64,000 bases of DNA from Eledone cirrhosa (GCA_964016885.1 OZ024763.1:30070001-30134000); one strand, 5' to 3'. Numbered from the stretch's first letter, positions 11,301-25,773 are shown. The notes: generated from the sequence alone by a model not told the origin. Numbers and translations are program-made.

Positions 11301-14300
11301 CACCAGTTTCATTTTGGCATATTATACCAGTTTACACTTTGGAGGTGAATATTAGACCAGTTTCACTTTAGAATATTACACCAGTTTCACTTTGGAATAT
11401 TACACCAGTTTCACTTTGGTGGTGGATATATTACACCAGTTTCACGTTGGAGGTGAATATTACACCAGTTTTACTTTCGATGTGGATATATTACACCAGT
11501 TTCACTTTGGAATATTGCACCAGTTTCACTTTGGAGGTGAATATATTACACCAGTTTCACTTTGGATGTGGATATATTACACCAGTTTCACTTTGCAGGT
11601 GAATATATTACACCAGTTTATAGTTTGGAGGTGAATATTACACCAGTTTCACTTTGTAGGTGTATATTACACCAGTTTCCCTTTGGAATATTACACCAGT
11701 TTCACTTTGGAATATTACACCAGTTTCACTTTGGAGGTGAAATTTATATTTGCTATTATATTTGATGATTTTAATGAATATGGCCTTGAAATCAATCAGA
11801 AAATGGTACACATCACTCACCACACATTATACTCTACACACCACACTCTACACACTACACAACGCACATTACCTTCCACACATATTACCACACTACACCG
11901 TCGGACGCCATGCTTTGACGCATAGAATTACGCCCCTTTCCATTCTGAGTTCAAATCCGGCCGAGGTTAACTGTCTTTCATTCTTACGGGGTCGATAAAA
12001 TAAATTACCAGTGGGTAATTGCTGGACTTGTGCCAAAAGTAGAAAGAATTATAATAGTTTCTGTATATTTTCTATCTTGTGTAGTTATCATGTCGAACCA
12101 TTCCTATAATTGTAAAATCTAAAAGGACTGTCGAACTTTATTTTTACATCACAAAAAAGGTAAGTCTCCCTCCTCTCTCCCCCTCTCTTTTGTTTCACTC
12201 CTCTCTCCCCTCTCCCTCCTCTCTCTTTTGTTTTCACTCCTCTCTCCCCTCTCCCTCCTCTCTCTTTTGTTTCACTCCTCCCTCCCCTCTCCCTCCTCTC
12301 TTGTTTCACTCCTCTCTCCCTCCTCTCTCTCTCTCGTTTCACTCCTCTCTCCCTCCACTCTCTCTCTTGTTTCACACCTCTTTCCCTCCTCTCTCTCTTG
12401 TTTCACACCTCTCTCCCTCCTCTGTTTCTTGTTTCACTCCTCTCTCTTGTTTCACACCTCTCTCCCTCCTCTCTCTCTTGTTTCACTCCTCTCTCTCTTG
12501 TTTCACTCCTCTCTCCCTCCTCTCTCTCTCTTGTTTCACTCCTCTCTCCCTCCTCTCTCTCTCTCTCTCTTGTTTCACTCCTCTCTCACTCCTCTCTCTT
12601 GTTTCACTCCTCTCTCTCTTGTTTCGCTCTTCTCTCTCTCCTCTCCTCTCCCTCCTCTCTCCCCTCTCCCTCCTCTCTCCCCTCTCTCCCTCCTCTCTCC
12701 CCTCTCTCCCTCCTCTCTCCCTCCTCTCTCCCTCCTCTCTCCCCTCTCTCTCCCCTCTCTCCCTCCTCTCTCCCCTCTCTCCCTCCTCTCTCCTCTCTCC
12801 CTCTCTTGTTTCGCTCCACTCTCCCTCCCCTCTCTTGTTTCGCTCCCCTCTCCCTCCTCTCTCTCTCTTGTTTCACTCCTCTCTCTCTTTCCCCTCTCTC
12901 TCCTCTCTCCCTCCCTTCTCTCTCTTGTTTCACTCCTCTCTCACTCCTCTCTCCCCTCCTCTCTCCCCTCCTCTCTCTCTCTCTCTTGTTTCCCTCCTCC
13001 ATCTCCCTCCTCCCTCTCCCTCCTCCCTCTCCCTCCTCTCTCTCGTTTCACTCCTCTCTCCCTGCTCTCTCTCTTTCCTCTCTCTCCTCTCTCTTGTTTA
13101 ACTCCCCTCTCCCTCCTCTCTCTCTCTTGTTTCACTCCTCTCTCTCTCCTCTCTCCCTCTCTTGTTTCGCTCCTCTCTCTCTCTTGTTTCTCTCCTCTCT
13201 CCCTGCTCTCTCTCTTTCTCTCTCTCCTCTCTCTCCTCTCTCTCCTCTCTCTTGTTTAACTCCTCTCTCCCTCCTCTCTCTCTCTTTCACTCCTCTCATC
13301 CTCCCCTCTCCCACCTCTCTCTCTCTCTTGTTTCACTCCCCTCTCTCCCTCCCTTCTCTCTCTTGTTTCACTCCTCTCTCTCCTCTCTCTCTCCTCTCCC
13401 TCCCTCTTGTTTCACTCCTCTCTCTCTTGTTTCCCTCCTCTCTCACTCCTCTCACTCCTCTCTCCCTCCTCTCACTCCTCTCTCCCCTCCTCTCTCTCTC
13501 TCTCTTGTTTCCCTCCTCTCACTCTCTCTTGTTTCCCTCCTCTCTCTCTTGTTTCCCTCCTCCCTCTCCCTCCTCTCCCTCCTCTCTCCCCTCTCTCCCC
13601 TCTCTCTTGTTTCACTCCTCTCCCTCCTCTCTCTTGTTTCACTCCTCTCTCTCCCTCCTCTCTCCCCTCTCTCTCCCCTCTCTCCCTCCTCTCTCCCCTC
13701 TCTCTACTCTCTCTCTCTTGTTTCACTCCTCTCTCCCTGCTCTCTCTCTTTCCTCTCTCTCCTCTCTCTTGTTTAACTCCTCTCTCCCTCTCTCCTCTCT
13801 CCCTCCCCTCTCTCTCTTGTTTCTCTCCCTCCCCTCTCCCTGCTCTCTCTCTTTCCTCTCTCTCCTCTCTCTTGTTTAACTCCTCTCTTCCTCTCTCCCT
13901 CCCCTCTCTCTCTTGTTTCACTCCTCTCTCCCTCCCCTCTCTCTTGTTTCACACCTCTCTCCCTCCCCTCTCTCTTGTTTCACACCTCTCTCCCTCCTCT
14001 CACTCTCTCTTGTTTAACTCCTCTCTCCCTCCCCTCTCTCTTTTTTCACTCCTCTCTCCCTCCCCTCTCCCTGCTCTCTTTCCTCTCTCTCTCTCTCTCT
14101 TGTTTCACTCCTCTCTCCCTCCTCTCTCTCCCCTCTGCCTCCTCTCTCTCTTGTTTCACTTCTCTCTCCCTCCTCTCTCTCTCTCCCCTCTTCCTCCTCT
14201 CTCTCTCTCTTGTTTCACTCCTCTCTCTCTCTCTTGTTTCACTCCTCTCTCTCTCTCGTTTCACTCCTCTCTCCCTCCCCTCCTCTCTCTCTCTCTCGTT

Positions 14301-17300
14301 TCACTCCTCTCTCCCTCCTCTCTCTCTTGTTTCACTCTTCTCACCCTCCTCTCTCTCTCTCTTGTTTCACTCCTGTTTCACTCCTCTCTCTCTCCCCTAT
14401 CCCTCTCCCTCCTGTCTCTCCCCTCTCTCCCCTCTCTCTCCCCTCTCTACCCTCTCTCTCCCCTCTCCCTCCTCTCTCTCCCCTCTCCCCTCTCCCTCCT
14501 CTCTCTCTCTCTTGTTTCACTCCTCTCTTTCATGGTTCACTTCTCTCTCCCCCCTCTCTCCCTCCGCTCTCTCTTGTTTCACTCCTCACTCCCTCCTCCG
14601 CTCTTGTTTCACTCCTCTCTCCCTCCCTCACTTTGGAATATTACACCAGTTTTACTTTCGATGTGGATATATTACACCAGTTTCACTTTGGAATATTGCA
14701 CCAGTTTCACTTTGGAGGTGAATATATTACACCAGTTTCACTTTGCAGGTGAATATATTACACCAGTTTACAGTTTGGGGGTGAATATTACACCAGTTTC
14801 ACTTTGGAATATTACACCAGTTTCACTTTGGAATATTACACCAGTTTCACTTTGGTGGTGGATATATTACACCAGTTTCACTTTGGAGATGAAATTTATA
14901 TTTGCTATTATATTTGATGATTTTAATGAATATGGCCTTGAAATCAATCAGAAAATGGTACACATCACTCACCACACATTATACTCTACACACCACACTC
15001 TACACACTACACAACGCACATTACCTTCTACACACCACACCACACATATTACCACACTACACCGTCGGACGCCATGCTTTGACGCATAGAATTACGCCCC
15101 TTTCCATTCTGAGTTCAAATCCGGCCGAGGTTAACTGTCGTTCATTCTTACGGGGTCGATAAAATAAATTACCAGTGGGTAATTGCTGGACTTGTGCCAA
15201 AAGTAGAAAGAATTATAATAGTTTCTGTATATTTTCTATCTTGTGTAGTTATCATGTCGAACCATTCCTATAATTGTAAAATCTAAAAGGACTGTCAAAC
15301 TTTATTTGACATCACAAAAAAGGTAAATCTCCCTCCTCTCTCCCTCCCTCCTCTCTCGTTTCACTCCTCTCTCCCCTCTCGTTTCACTCCTCTCTCCCTC
15401 CTCTCTCGTTTCACTTCTCTCCTCTCTCCCTCCTCTCTCTCTCACTCCTCTCTCTCGTTTCACTCCTCTCCCTTCTCTCTCTCCCCTCTCCCTCCTCTCT
15501 CTCCCTCCTCTCTCCCTCCTCTCTCTCCCTCCTCTCTCCCTCCTCTCTCCCTCCTCTCTCCCTCCTCTCTCTCCCTCCTCTCTCTCTCCCTCCTCTCTCT
15601 CCCTCCTCTCTCTCCCCTCCTCTCCCTCCTCTGTCTCCCTTCTCTCTTGTTTGACTACTCTCTCTCCCTCTTGTTTCCCTCCTCTCTCCCACCTCTCTCT
15701 CTTGTTTCCCTCCTCTCTCCCACCTCTCTCTCTTGTTTCCCTCCTCTCCCTCTTCTCTCTCGTGTTTCACTCCTCTCTCCCTCCCCTCTCTCTTGTTTCA
15801 CTCCTCTCTCCCTTCTTTCACACTTGTTTCACTCCTCTCTCCCCCTTTCATTCTTGTTTCATGCCTCTCTCCCTCCTCTCTCCCCTGTTTAGCTCCTCTC
15901 TTCCTCTCTCTCTCTCTCTCTCTTTTTTCACTCCCCTCTCTCTCTCCACTCCCCTCTCTCTCTCCTCTCTCTCTCCCCTCTCCCTCCTCTTTCACTCCTC
16001 TCTCTCTTCTTTCACTCCTCTCTCCCTCGCCTCTTATTCCTCTCTTGTTTCACTCTTATTCCTCTCTTGTTTCACTCCTCTCTCGTTTCACTCCTCTCTC
16101 CCTCCTCTCTCTCTTGTTTCACTCATCTGTCCCTCCTCTCTTGTTTCAATCCTCTCTCCCTCCTCTCTCTCTCCCTCCCTCCTCTCTCTCTTGTTTCAAT
16201 CATCTGTCCCTCCTCTCTCTCTTGTCTCCCTCACCTCTCCTTCCTCTCCCTTGTTTCACTCCTCTCTCCCTCCTCTCTCTTGTTTCACTCATCTGTCCCT
16301 CCTCTCTCTCGCCTCTTATTCCTCTCTCCCTCCCCTCTCCCTCCTCTCTCCCTACCCTCTCCCTCCTCTCTCCCTCCCCTCTCCCTCCTCTCTCTCTTGT
16401 TTCACTCCTCTCTTTCCCTCCTCTCTCTCTTGTTTCACTCCTCACTCTCTCCCCTCCTCTCTCTCTCTCTTGTTTCACTCCTCTCACTCTCTCTTGTTTC
16501 ACTCCCTCTCCCTCCTCTCTCTCCCCTCTCTCTCCCCTCTCTCTTGTTTCACTCCTCTCTCTCCTCCTCTCTCTCCCTCCTCTCTCCCCTCTCTCTTCTC
16601 TCTCTCTCTTGTTTCACTCCTCTCTCCCTGCTCTCTCTCTTTCCTCTCTCTCCTCTCTCTCTCTTCTCTCTCTCTTGTTTCACTCCTCTCTCCCTCCTCT
16701 CTCCCCTCTCCCTCCTCTCTCTCACTCTCCTCTCTCTCTCTCCTCTCTCTCACTCTCCTCTCTCTCTCTTGTTTCACTCCTCTCTCTCTCCTCTCTCCCT
16801 CTCTTGTTTCGCTCCTCTCTCTCTCCCTCCTCTCTCTCTCTTGTTTCGCTCCTCTCTCTCTCCCTCCTCTCTCTCTTGTTTCGCTCCTCTCTCTCTCCCT
16901 CCTCTCTCTCTTGTTTCACTCCTCTCTCCCTCCCCTCTCCCACCTCTCTCTCTCTCGTTTCACTCCCCTCTCCCTCCTCTCTCCCTCCCTCCCCTCTCTC
17001 TCTTGTTTCATTCCTCTCCCTTCTCTCTCTTGTTTCACTCCTCTCCCTTCTCTCTCTTGTTTCACTCCTCTCTCTCTTTCCTCTCTCTCCTCTCTCTCTC
17101 TTGTTTCACTCCTCTCTCTCTTTCCTCTCTCTCCTCTCTCTCTCCTCTCCCTCCCTCTTCTTTCACTCCTCTCTCCCTCCTCTCCCTCCTCTCCCTCCTC
17201 CCTCTCCCTCCTCTCTCCCCTCTCTCTCCTCTCTCTTCTATCTCTCTTGTTTCACTCCTCTCTCCCTCCTCTCTCTCTCCCTCCTCTCTCTCTCCCCTCT

Positions 17301-20300
17301 GCCTCCTCTCTCTTGTTTCACTCCTCTCTCTTGTTTCTCTCCTCTCTCTCTCTCTCTTGTTTCACTCCTCTCACCCTCCTCTCACCCTCTCTCTTGTTTC
17401 ACTCCTCTCTCTCTCCCCTCTCCCTCCTCTCTCTCTCTCTCTCTTGTTTCACTCCTCTCTCCCTCTCCTCTCTCTCCCCTCTCCCTCCTCTCTCTCTTGT
17501 TTCTCTCCCCTCTCCCTCCCCTCTCTCTCGCCTCTCCCTCCCCTCTCTCTCCCCTCTTCCTCCTCTCTCTCTCTCTCACCTCTCTCTCTCTTGTTTCACT
17601 CCCCTCTCCCTCCCCTCTCTCTCCCCTCTCTCTCCCCTCTCTCTCCCCCTCTCTCTCTCCTCTCTCCCTCCTCTCTCCCTCCTCTCTCTCTCCTCTCTCT
17701 CTCCTCTCTTGTTTCACACCTCTCTCCCCTCCTCTCTTTCTCTCTTGTTTCACACCTCTCTCCCTCCTCTCTCTCTCTCTTGTTTCACTCCTCCTCTCCC
17801 TCCTCTCTCCCACCTCTCTCTTGTTTCACTCCTCCTCTCCCTCCTCTCTCCCACCTCTCTCTCCTCTCTCTTGTTTCACTCCTCTCTCCCTCCTCTCTCT
17901 CTTGTTTCCCTCCTCTCTCCCTGCTCTCTCTCTCCTCTCTCTTGTTTAACTCCTCTCTCCTCTCTCCCTCTCCTCCCTCTCTCCTCTCTCCCTCCCCTCT
18001 CTCTCTTGTTTCACTCCTCTCTCCCTCCCCTCTCCCTGCTCTCTCTTTCCTCTCTCTCCCTCCTCTCGTTTCACTCCTCTCGCTCTCTTGTTTCACTTTT
18101 CTCTCCCTCCGCTCTCTTGTTTCACTCCCTCCTCCGCTCTTGTTTCACTCCTCTCTCCCTCCTTCACTTTGGAATATTACACCAGTTTTACTTTCGATGT
18201 GGATATATTACACCAGTTTTACTTTCGATGTGGATATATTACACCAGTTTCACTTTTGATGTGGATATATTACACCAGTTTCACTTTTGATGTGGATATA
18301 TTACACCAGTTTACACTTTGGAGGTGAATATTAGACCAGTTTCACTTTGGAATATTACACCAGTTTTACTTTGTAGGTGTATATTACACCAGTTTCACTT
18401 TGGAATATTACACCAGTTTTACTTTGTAGGTGTATATTACACCAGTTTCACTTTGGAATATTACACCAGTTTCACTTTGGAGGTGAATATATTACACCAG
18501 TTTCACTTTGGAGGTGAATATATTACACCAGTTTCACTTTGGATGTGGATATATTACACCAGTTTCACTTTGCAGGTGAATATATTACACCAGTTTCACT
18601 TTGGTGGTGGATATATTACACCAGTTTCACTTTGAAGGTGAATATTTCACCAGTTTACAGTTTGGAGGTGAATATTACACCAGTTTCCCTTTGGAATATT
18701 ACACCAGTTTCACTTTGGAGGTGAAATTTATATTTGCTATTATATTTGATGATTTTAATGAATATGGCCTTGAAATCAATCAGAAAATGGTACACATCAC
18801 TCACCACACATTATACTCCACACTCTACACACTACACAACGCACATTACCTTCTACACACCACACCACACACATATTACCACACTACACCGTCGGACGCC
18901 ATGCTTTGACGCATAGAATTACGCCCCTTTCCATTCTGAGTTCAAATCCGGCCGAGGTTAACTGTCTTTCATTCTTACGGGGTCGATAAAATAAATTGGG
19001 TAATTGCTGGACTTGTGCCAAAAGTAGAAACAATTATATTAGTTTCTGTATATTTTCTATCTTGTGTAGTTATCATGTCGAACCATTGCTATAATTGTAA
19101 AATCTAAAAGAACTGTCAAACTTTATTTGACATCACAAAAAAGGTAAGTCTCCCTCCTCTCTCTATTCTCTCCCTCCTCTCTCCCTCCCTCCTCTCTCGT
19201 TTCACTCCTCTCTCCCTCCCTCCTCTCTCGTTTCACTTCTCTCCTCTCTCCCTCCTCTCTCTCTCACTCCTCTCTCTCGTTTCACTCCTCTCCCTCCTCT
19301 CTCTCCCTCCTCTCCCTCCTCTCTCTCTCCCTCCTCTCCCCCTCCTCTCCCTCTTCACTCTCGTGTTTCACTCCTGTCTCCCTTCTCTCTTGTTTGACTA
19401 CTCTCTCTCCCTCTTGTTTCCCTCCTCTCTCCCACCTCTCTCTCTTGTTTCCCTCCTCTCTCCCTCCTCTCCCTCTTGTTTCATGCCTCTCTTCCTCCTC
19501 TCTCTCCCTCCTCTCTCTCTTGTTTCATGCCTCTCTTCCTCCTCTCTCTCCCTCCTCTCTCTCTCTCCTCTCCCTCCTCCTCTCTCTCTCCTCTCCCTCC
19601 TCCTCTCTCTCTCTTCTCTCTCGTGTTTCACTCCTCTCCCTTCTTTCACTCCTCTCTCCCTCCTCTCTCTCTTGTTTCATTCCTCTCTTCTTCTCTCTCT
19701 CTTTTTTCCCTCCACTCTCCCTCTCCCCCCCCCTCCTCTCTCTCCCTCTTCCCTATCCAGCCCTCCTCTCTCTCCCTCTTCCCTATCCAGCCCTCCTCTC
19801 TCTCCACTCCTCTCTCTTCTTTCACTCCTCTCCCCTGTTTCCCTCCTCTCTCTCTCCCCTCTCCCTCCTCTCTCTCTCTTGTTTCACTCCTCACTCGAGT
19901 TTCACTCCTCTCACTCCTCTCTCCCACCTCTCTCTCTTGTTTCCCTCCTCTCTCCTACCTCTCTCTTGTTTCTCTCCCTCCTCTCTCTCTTCTCTCTCGT
20001 GTTTCTCTCCTCTCCCTCCTCTCTCCCTTCTTTCACTCCTCTCTCCCTTCTTTCACACTTGTTTCATGCCTCTCTCCCTCCTCTCTCTCTTGTTTAGCTC
20101 CTCTCTCCCTCCTCTCTCCCCTGTTTAGCTCCTCTCTTTCTCTCTCTCCCTCTCTTTTTTCACTCCTCTCTCCCCTCTCTCTCCACTCCCCTCTCTCTCT
20201 CTCCACTCCTCTCTCTCCCCTCTCCCTCCTCTTTCTCTCCCCTCTCCCTCCTCTTTCTCTCCCTCCTCTCTTCTTTCACTCCTCTCTCTCTTCTTTCACT

Positions 20301-22741
20301 CCTCTCTCCCTCGCCTCTTATTCCTCTCTTGTTTCACTCCTCTCTCTCGTTTCACTCCTCTCTCCCTCCTCTCACTCTTGTTTCACTCATCTGTCCCTCC
20401 TCTCTCCCTCCTCTCCTCTCTCTCTCTCGTTTCTCTCCCTTCTTTCACTCTTGTTTCACTCGTCTCTCCCTCCTCTCTCTCTTGTTTCACTCCTCTGTCC
20501 CTCCTCTCTCTCTTGTTTCACTCCTCTTTCCCTCCTCTCTCTCTTGTTTCACTCCTCTTTCCCTCCTCTCTCTCTTGTTTCACTCCTCTTTCCCTCCTCT
20601 CTCTTGTTTCACTCCTCTTTCTCTCCTCTCTCCCTCACCTCTCCCTCACCTCTCCTTCCTCTCCCTTGTTTCACTCCTCTCTCTTGTTTCACTCCTCTCT
20701 CTCTTGTTTCACTCCTCTCTCCCTCCTCTTGTTTCACTCCTCTCTCTTGTTTCACTCCTCTGTCCCTCCTCGCTCTTGTTTCACTCCTCACTCCCTCCTC
20801 GCTCTCTTGTTTCACTCCTCTCTCCCTCCTCGCTCTCTTGTTTCACTCCTCTCTCCCTCCTCGCTCTCTTGTTTCACTCCTCTCTCCCTCCTCGCTCTCT
20901 TGTTTCACTCCTCTCTCCCTCTTCTCTTGTTTCACTCCTCTCTCCCTCCTCTCTCTTGTTTCACTCCTCTCTCCCTCCTCTCTCTTGTTTCACTCATCTG
21001 TCCCTCCTCTCACTCTTGTTTCCCTCCTCCCCTCTCCCTCCTCTCTCTCTTGTTTCACTCCTCTCTCTCCCTCCTCTCTCTTATTTCACTCCTCTCTCTC
21101 TCTTTTCACTCCTCTCTCACTCCTCTCTCCCCTCCTCTCTCTCTTGTTTCCCTCCTCTCACTCTCTCTTGTTTCACTCCTCTCTCTCTCCTCTCTCTCTC
21201 TTGTTTCCCTCCTCCCTCTCCCTCCTCTCTCCCCTCTCTCTCCCCTCTCTCTCCCCTCTCTCTTCTCTCTCTCTCGTTTCACTCCTCTCTCTCCCTCCTC
21301 TCTTCTCTCTCTCTTGTTTCACTCCTCTCTCTCCCTCCTCTCTTCTCTCTCTCTTGTTTCACTCCTCTCTCCCTCCTCTCTCCCCTCTCTCTCCTCTCTC
21401 TCTCTTTCACTCCTCTCTCCCTCCCCTCTCCCACCTCTCTCTCTCTCGTTTCACTCCCCTCTCCCTCCTCTCTCTCTCTCTCTTGTTTCATTCCTCTCCC
21501 TTCTCTCTCTTGTTTCACTCCTCTCTCTCTTTCCTCTCTCTCTCCTCTCTCTCTTTTCACTCCTCTCTCCCTCCTCTCTCTCTTGTTTCCCTCCTCTCAC
21601 TCTCTCTTGTTTCCCTCCTCCCTCTCTCTCCCCCTCTCTTCTCTCTCTCTTGTTTCACTCCTCTCTCCCTCCTCTCTCTCTTGTTTCCCTCCTCTCCCTC
21701 CTCTCCCTCTCTCTTGTTTCACTCCTCTCTCCCTTCTTTCACACTTGTTTCACTCCTCTCTCCCTCCTTTCACACTTGTTTCACTCCTCTCTCCCTCCTT
21801 TCATTCTTGTTTCATGCCTCTCTCCCTCCTCTCTCCCTCCTCTCCCCTGTTTAGCTCCTCTCTTCCTCTCTCTCTCTCTCTTTTTTCACTCCTCTCTCCC
21901 CTCTCTCTCTCCACTCTCCTCTCTCTCTCCACTCCTCTCTCTCCCTCCTCCACTCCTCTTTCACTCCTCTCTCTCCTCTCTCCCTCCTCTTTCACTCCTC
22001 TCTCTCCTCTCTCTCTTCTTTCACTCCTCTCTCCCTCGCCTCTTATTCCTCTCTTGTTTCACTCCTCTCTCTCGTTTCACTCCTCTCTCCCTCCTCTCTC
22101 TCTTGTTTCACTCATCTGACCCTCCTCTCTTGTTTCAATCCTCTCTCCCTCCTCTCTCTCTCCTCTCTTGTTTCACTCCTCTCTCTCTTGTTTCACTCAT
22201 CTCTCCCTGCTCTCTCTCTCCTCTCTCCCTCCCCTCTCTTGTTTCACTCCTCTCTCCCTCCTCTCTCTCTTGTTTCACTCCGCTCTCCCTCCTCTCTCTT
22301 TCCTCTCCCTCCTGTCTCTCTCTCTTGTTTCACGCCTCTCCCTCCTCTCTCCCTCCTCTCTTGTTTCACTCCTCTCTCTCTTGTTTCACTCATCTGTCCC
22401 TCCTCTCTCTTGTTTCACTCCTCTGTCCCTCCTCGCTCTTGTTTCACTCCTCACTCCCTCCTCGCTCTCTTGTTTCACTCCTCTCTCCCTCCTCGCTCTC
22501 TTGTTTCACTCCTCTCTCTCCTCTCTCTCTTTTCACTCCTCTCTCCCTCCTCTCTCTCTCCTCTCTCTCCTCTCTCTTCTTTCTCTATTTAAATATTAGT
22601 ACACTATTCCATATAAATGTCAAGACTTGAAAATATCAACATTAGTTCACTATACCAAGAACAAACACTTTGATTAATCTCCTCCAAAGTTGTAATTCTA
22701 ACGAGTGACGACCATTGTACTATGTATAACATAACAATGCT

Positions 22742-22900
22742 CTTTACATTTATCCCAGGTATATAGAGGGATATTCCGATGTCCACTGTTTGTAAAATAA
22801 TGCAATAAGGAAACGCCATCATCCAGTAAACTTTAGTAATACTCCAATAACGTCTCAGCCGCAATTTACGGTAGAAAATAGTAAGAAAAATAAAAGTCAC
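22742..22900 (-). CDS. Paralogous exon E1, unidentified hydrophobic W/R-rich protein segment
   Basis: Frame FIFLTIFYRKLRLRRYWSITKVYWMMAFPYCIILQTVDIGISLYIPGINVK is open. Homologous to E2-E7 with an excess of synonymous differences. Confidence 0.55.
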
Positions 22901-24592
22901 ACTCAGCAGTTAATGCAGTGAAAACAAACAATAACAATATTATTACTAAATAATTATAATTTCTTACATTCAATAATTCTTTTTCTTAAACACGTAATTT
23001 ATTTCAAATTTGTCGTATCATATATATACTGTTTGTGTGTCTCTGTTTGTCAAGTGATTGACGGGGAGAAGCCGATCGATTAAATTGAACCTATAAAAAT
23101 GACTGGTACTCTATTTTTCTGCTATAAAATTGTAAATTAATATCCACCGAGAACACAAAGGTGGTGTAGTATCATTTAAAAATTAGAAATTGAGTTACAA
23201 ATATAAATGTGTGTTCAGGGCTTAGATGTTAAGTGTGTAACAGGGTTATTGGTATTAAGTAACATAAAATGTCGTTAGGAGTTCAATATTTAGCTGGGGA
23301 TATAGAATTTCTTTAAATTATTTCTTGTACCAGTAGCGAACTGGGATCGAAACCATTATGTTATTCGGACGAAAGAAATATACAAGCTTAGCTCAATCTA
23401 GTTGGAGTTACGGGACATTACTGCAAAGCACATCACTGTAGGTTCCAATCTTACATTGATAAAAGTGACGTTTAGCAATTTATTTGTAAGTCGCACACAG
23501 GATTTAGGTATGGCAGATTTGAAATTAGTGAACATTATTGCAGACGAAGTCATTGTAGGTTCAAATCAACACTAGGGCGTTAAGAAATAAAATGAATATT
23601 TACTTCATGAAAGAGCCTGAATTGTGAAAGACAGTCGACCCTTTCTAATAACAGCAACACTAAGAAAGGTACTCAATATATATGAGTATAAATATTTCAT
23701 ATAGAAATGTCTTCTGCGGGACAAGAACTGTTTCATTCGGAAAAAAATCATCAGGAAAGCCCTTGATTTCTTTCGAATGAAACCGTTCTAGTCCTGTAGA
23801 AGCCACACACATATATGTGTGTGTTCATAAGACCAATTGTCTATGATGATAAGGTCCCCCATCTTTGTATATTTATATGTCGATGTCTATTTCCACATGT
23901 CACATCTGGTCCTCGATGTTGTCACCGCCTGCTTTACGTAGCATCTTAACTATCTAATATTTATTCAGAGAGGTTCTCCCTTCATATCACAAATATTCCT
24001 TTCTGACTCACTGAAAACTTGTCTTGCATCATCGAGTAAAAGAGATCTAAAGAATCTGTCTGATGTTGCTATATATGTATGTAGCGACCTATAACTTGTG
24101 AGGGAGTCCTAGAGGCCCCACATTGACATTCAGGGTGTCTAGGGTACTTTGTAAAAGTTGACAGATCCCATCTCCACCCCCAGATCTCTTACAGAGAGTG
24201 AGAGAAAGGAATTGAGAAAAAGATATAGAAGAATCGACCCTAGTACTACACTGGTACTTGTTTCTAACTACCTCGAATGGTACAATAGCGAAACCTAAAC
24301 TTTGATGTACCTATATAAGTCATACCTGTTCTATATGTGATGTACGTACATATATGTATGTAAGTGTACCTGGCGTTGCAAGTTCGGTTTTCGTAAGTGT
24401 CTCTGAGAATCTTTACATGAGCAAGCATGTGTTCTGATGATTAGTCAATCGTTATTATGATGGTATGTGCTTTTAATATATATGTATGTATATTTACATA
24501 GAAGTGAGTAAATATGAATGTATGGGTATATATAAATGAAAATGGTCTTTCTAATTGCTAATACTATCTATCGGTCGAAACTCCAGGTAGAA

Positions 24593-24648
<56 letters not shown>

Positions 24649-25189
24649 TCCTTGGTACAGTCAGGTATATTTAAAAAAAGGAAAAGAATGACTTCATTTG
24701 TAGTTCTAAATCAAATTGTTTAGAACTACAAGTCAAGTCATTCTTTTCCTTTTTTCAAATATATATATATATATATATGAAAATATAATGGGAAGAGGTG
24801 AGTATTATAACTTTTATAAGAAATAAAGATCTAAAGACGAGTGATATAATTGTTAATACAGTATTCCAGAAGTAAAATATAGATCTAAAGACGAAAGAAA
24901 ATTTCATCAACGAAATCGTAATGTACACCAACGAAAATATATGTCTACAGAATACAGATTAGTAAAATAAAGTTAGAGCAAATAAATGAGAGGTCACTTA
25001 ACTTTACATATTTATATCGTGAAAAATGTTGATCTTCAGATATTAAATTATGGATGTGATTCTTTGTCTTTCTTTAAACATAGTCTTCTTTTTAAAATTA
25101 ATTTTAGATTATTCGTACCTCATCTCTGTGGTCTCTTTATTGGTTTTATTTTAAAAGTGATCCATTAAAATGTTACGTAAAAGACCTAC

Positions 25190-25345
25190 CTTATGTTTAT
25201 TCCAGGTATTTAGAGAGATGTCCACTGACAACAAAATAATACAATAAGGAAATGCCATCATCCAGTAAAACTTGGTAATAATCCAGTCTCGTCACAGTCA
25301 CAGTAAACAATGGTAAGAACAAACAAAAACAAAAACAAGAGAACT
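25190..25345 (-). pseudogene. Paralogous exon E2, disrupted
   Basis: VLTIVYC..L*RDWIITKFYWMMAFPYCIILLSVDI with deletions and frameshifts. Donor-like AG|gtaggt at 25190/25189. Confidence 0.55.
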
Positions 25346-25728
25346 ATTCAGCAGTTAATGAAGTGAATACATAAAATTTAAAAAAAAACATTCCTGAATA
25401 AAATAAATATTTTACTTTCATTAAATTGTTTCTTTACTTTCTTTTATAAAACACATTTAATAATAGAAATTAAGCACAGCAATGTAGGTTCAAATCTTAC
25501 TTGCATGTATATATAGGAACCACATTTAACAATTTACGGGTACGACTAAGCTGGAATGAGGTATGACATTATTGCAGACGGAGTTGTTGTAGGTTCAAAT
25601 CAAGCCTAAGAGCAATGAGAAATAAAGTCTAGATTTACTTTACCTCACACATATTTCACGGTCATATGTCTATATATATACATATATATGTAGACATATA
25701 TACACAGATATATATACATATATATGTA

Positions 25729-25773
<45 letters not shown>

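Larger units (their letters stand above)
3101..22583 (+). repeat. Higher-order composite satellite, block 1: six units of minisatellite + spacer + CT array
   Basis: Spacers start at 3936, 5773, 8878, 11737, 14889 and 18721. Each is preceded by a minisatellite array and followed by a CT array. Confidence 0.97.

Noticed and set aside
4360-22630. Very long L/S/P-rich ORFs (up to 879 aa) and E/R/G-rich antisense ORFs
   Set aside because: These are translations of the CT satellite. All frames are open because the tract is almost devoid of stop codons.
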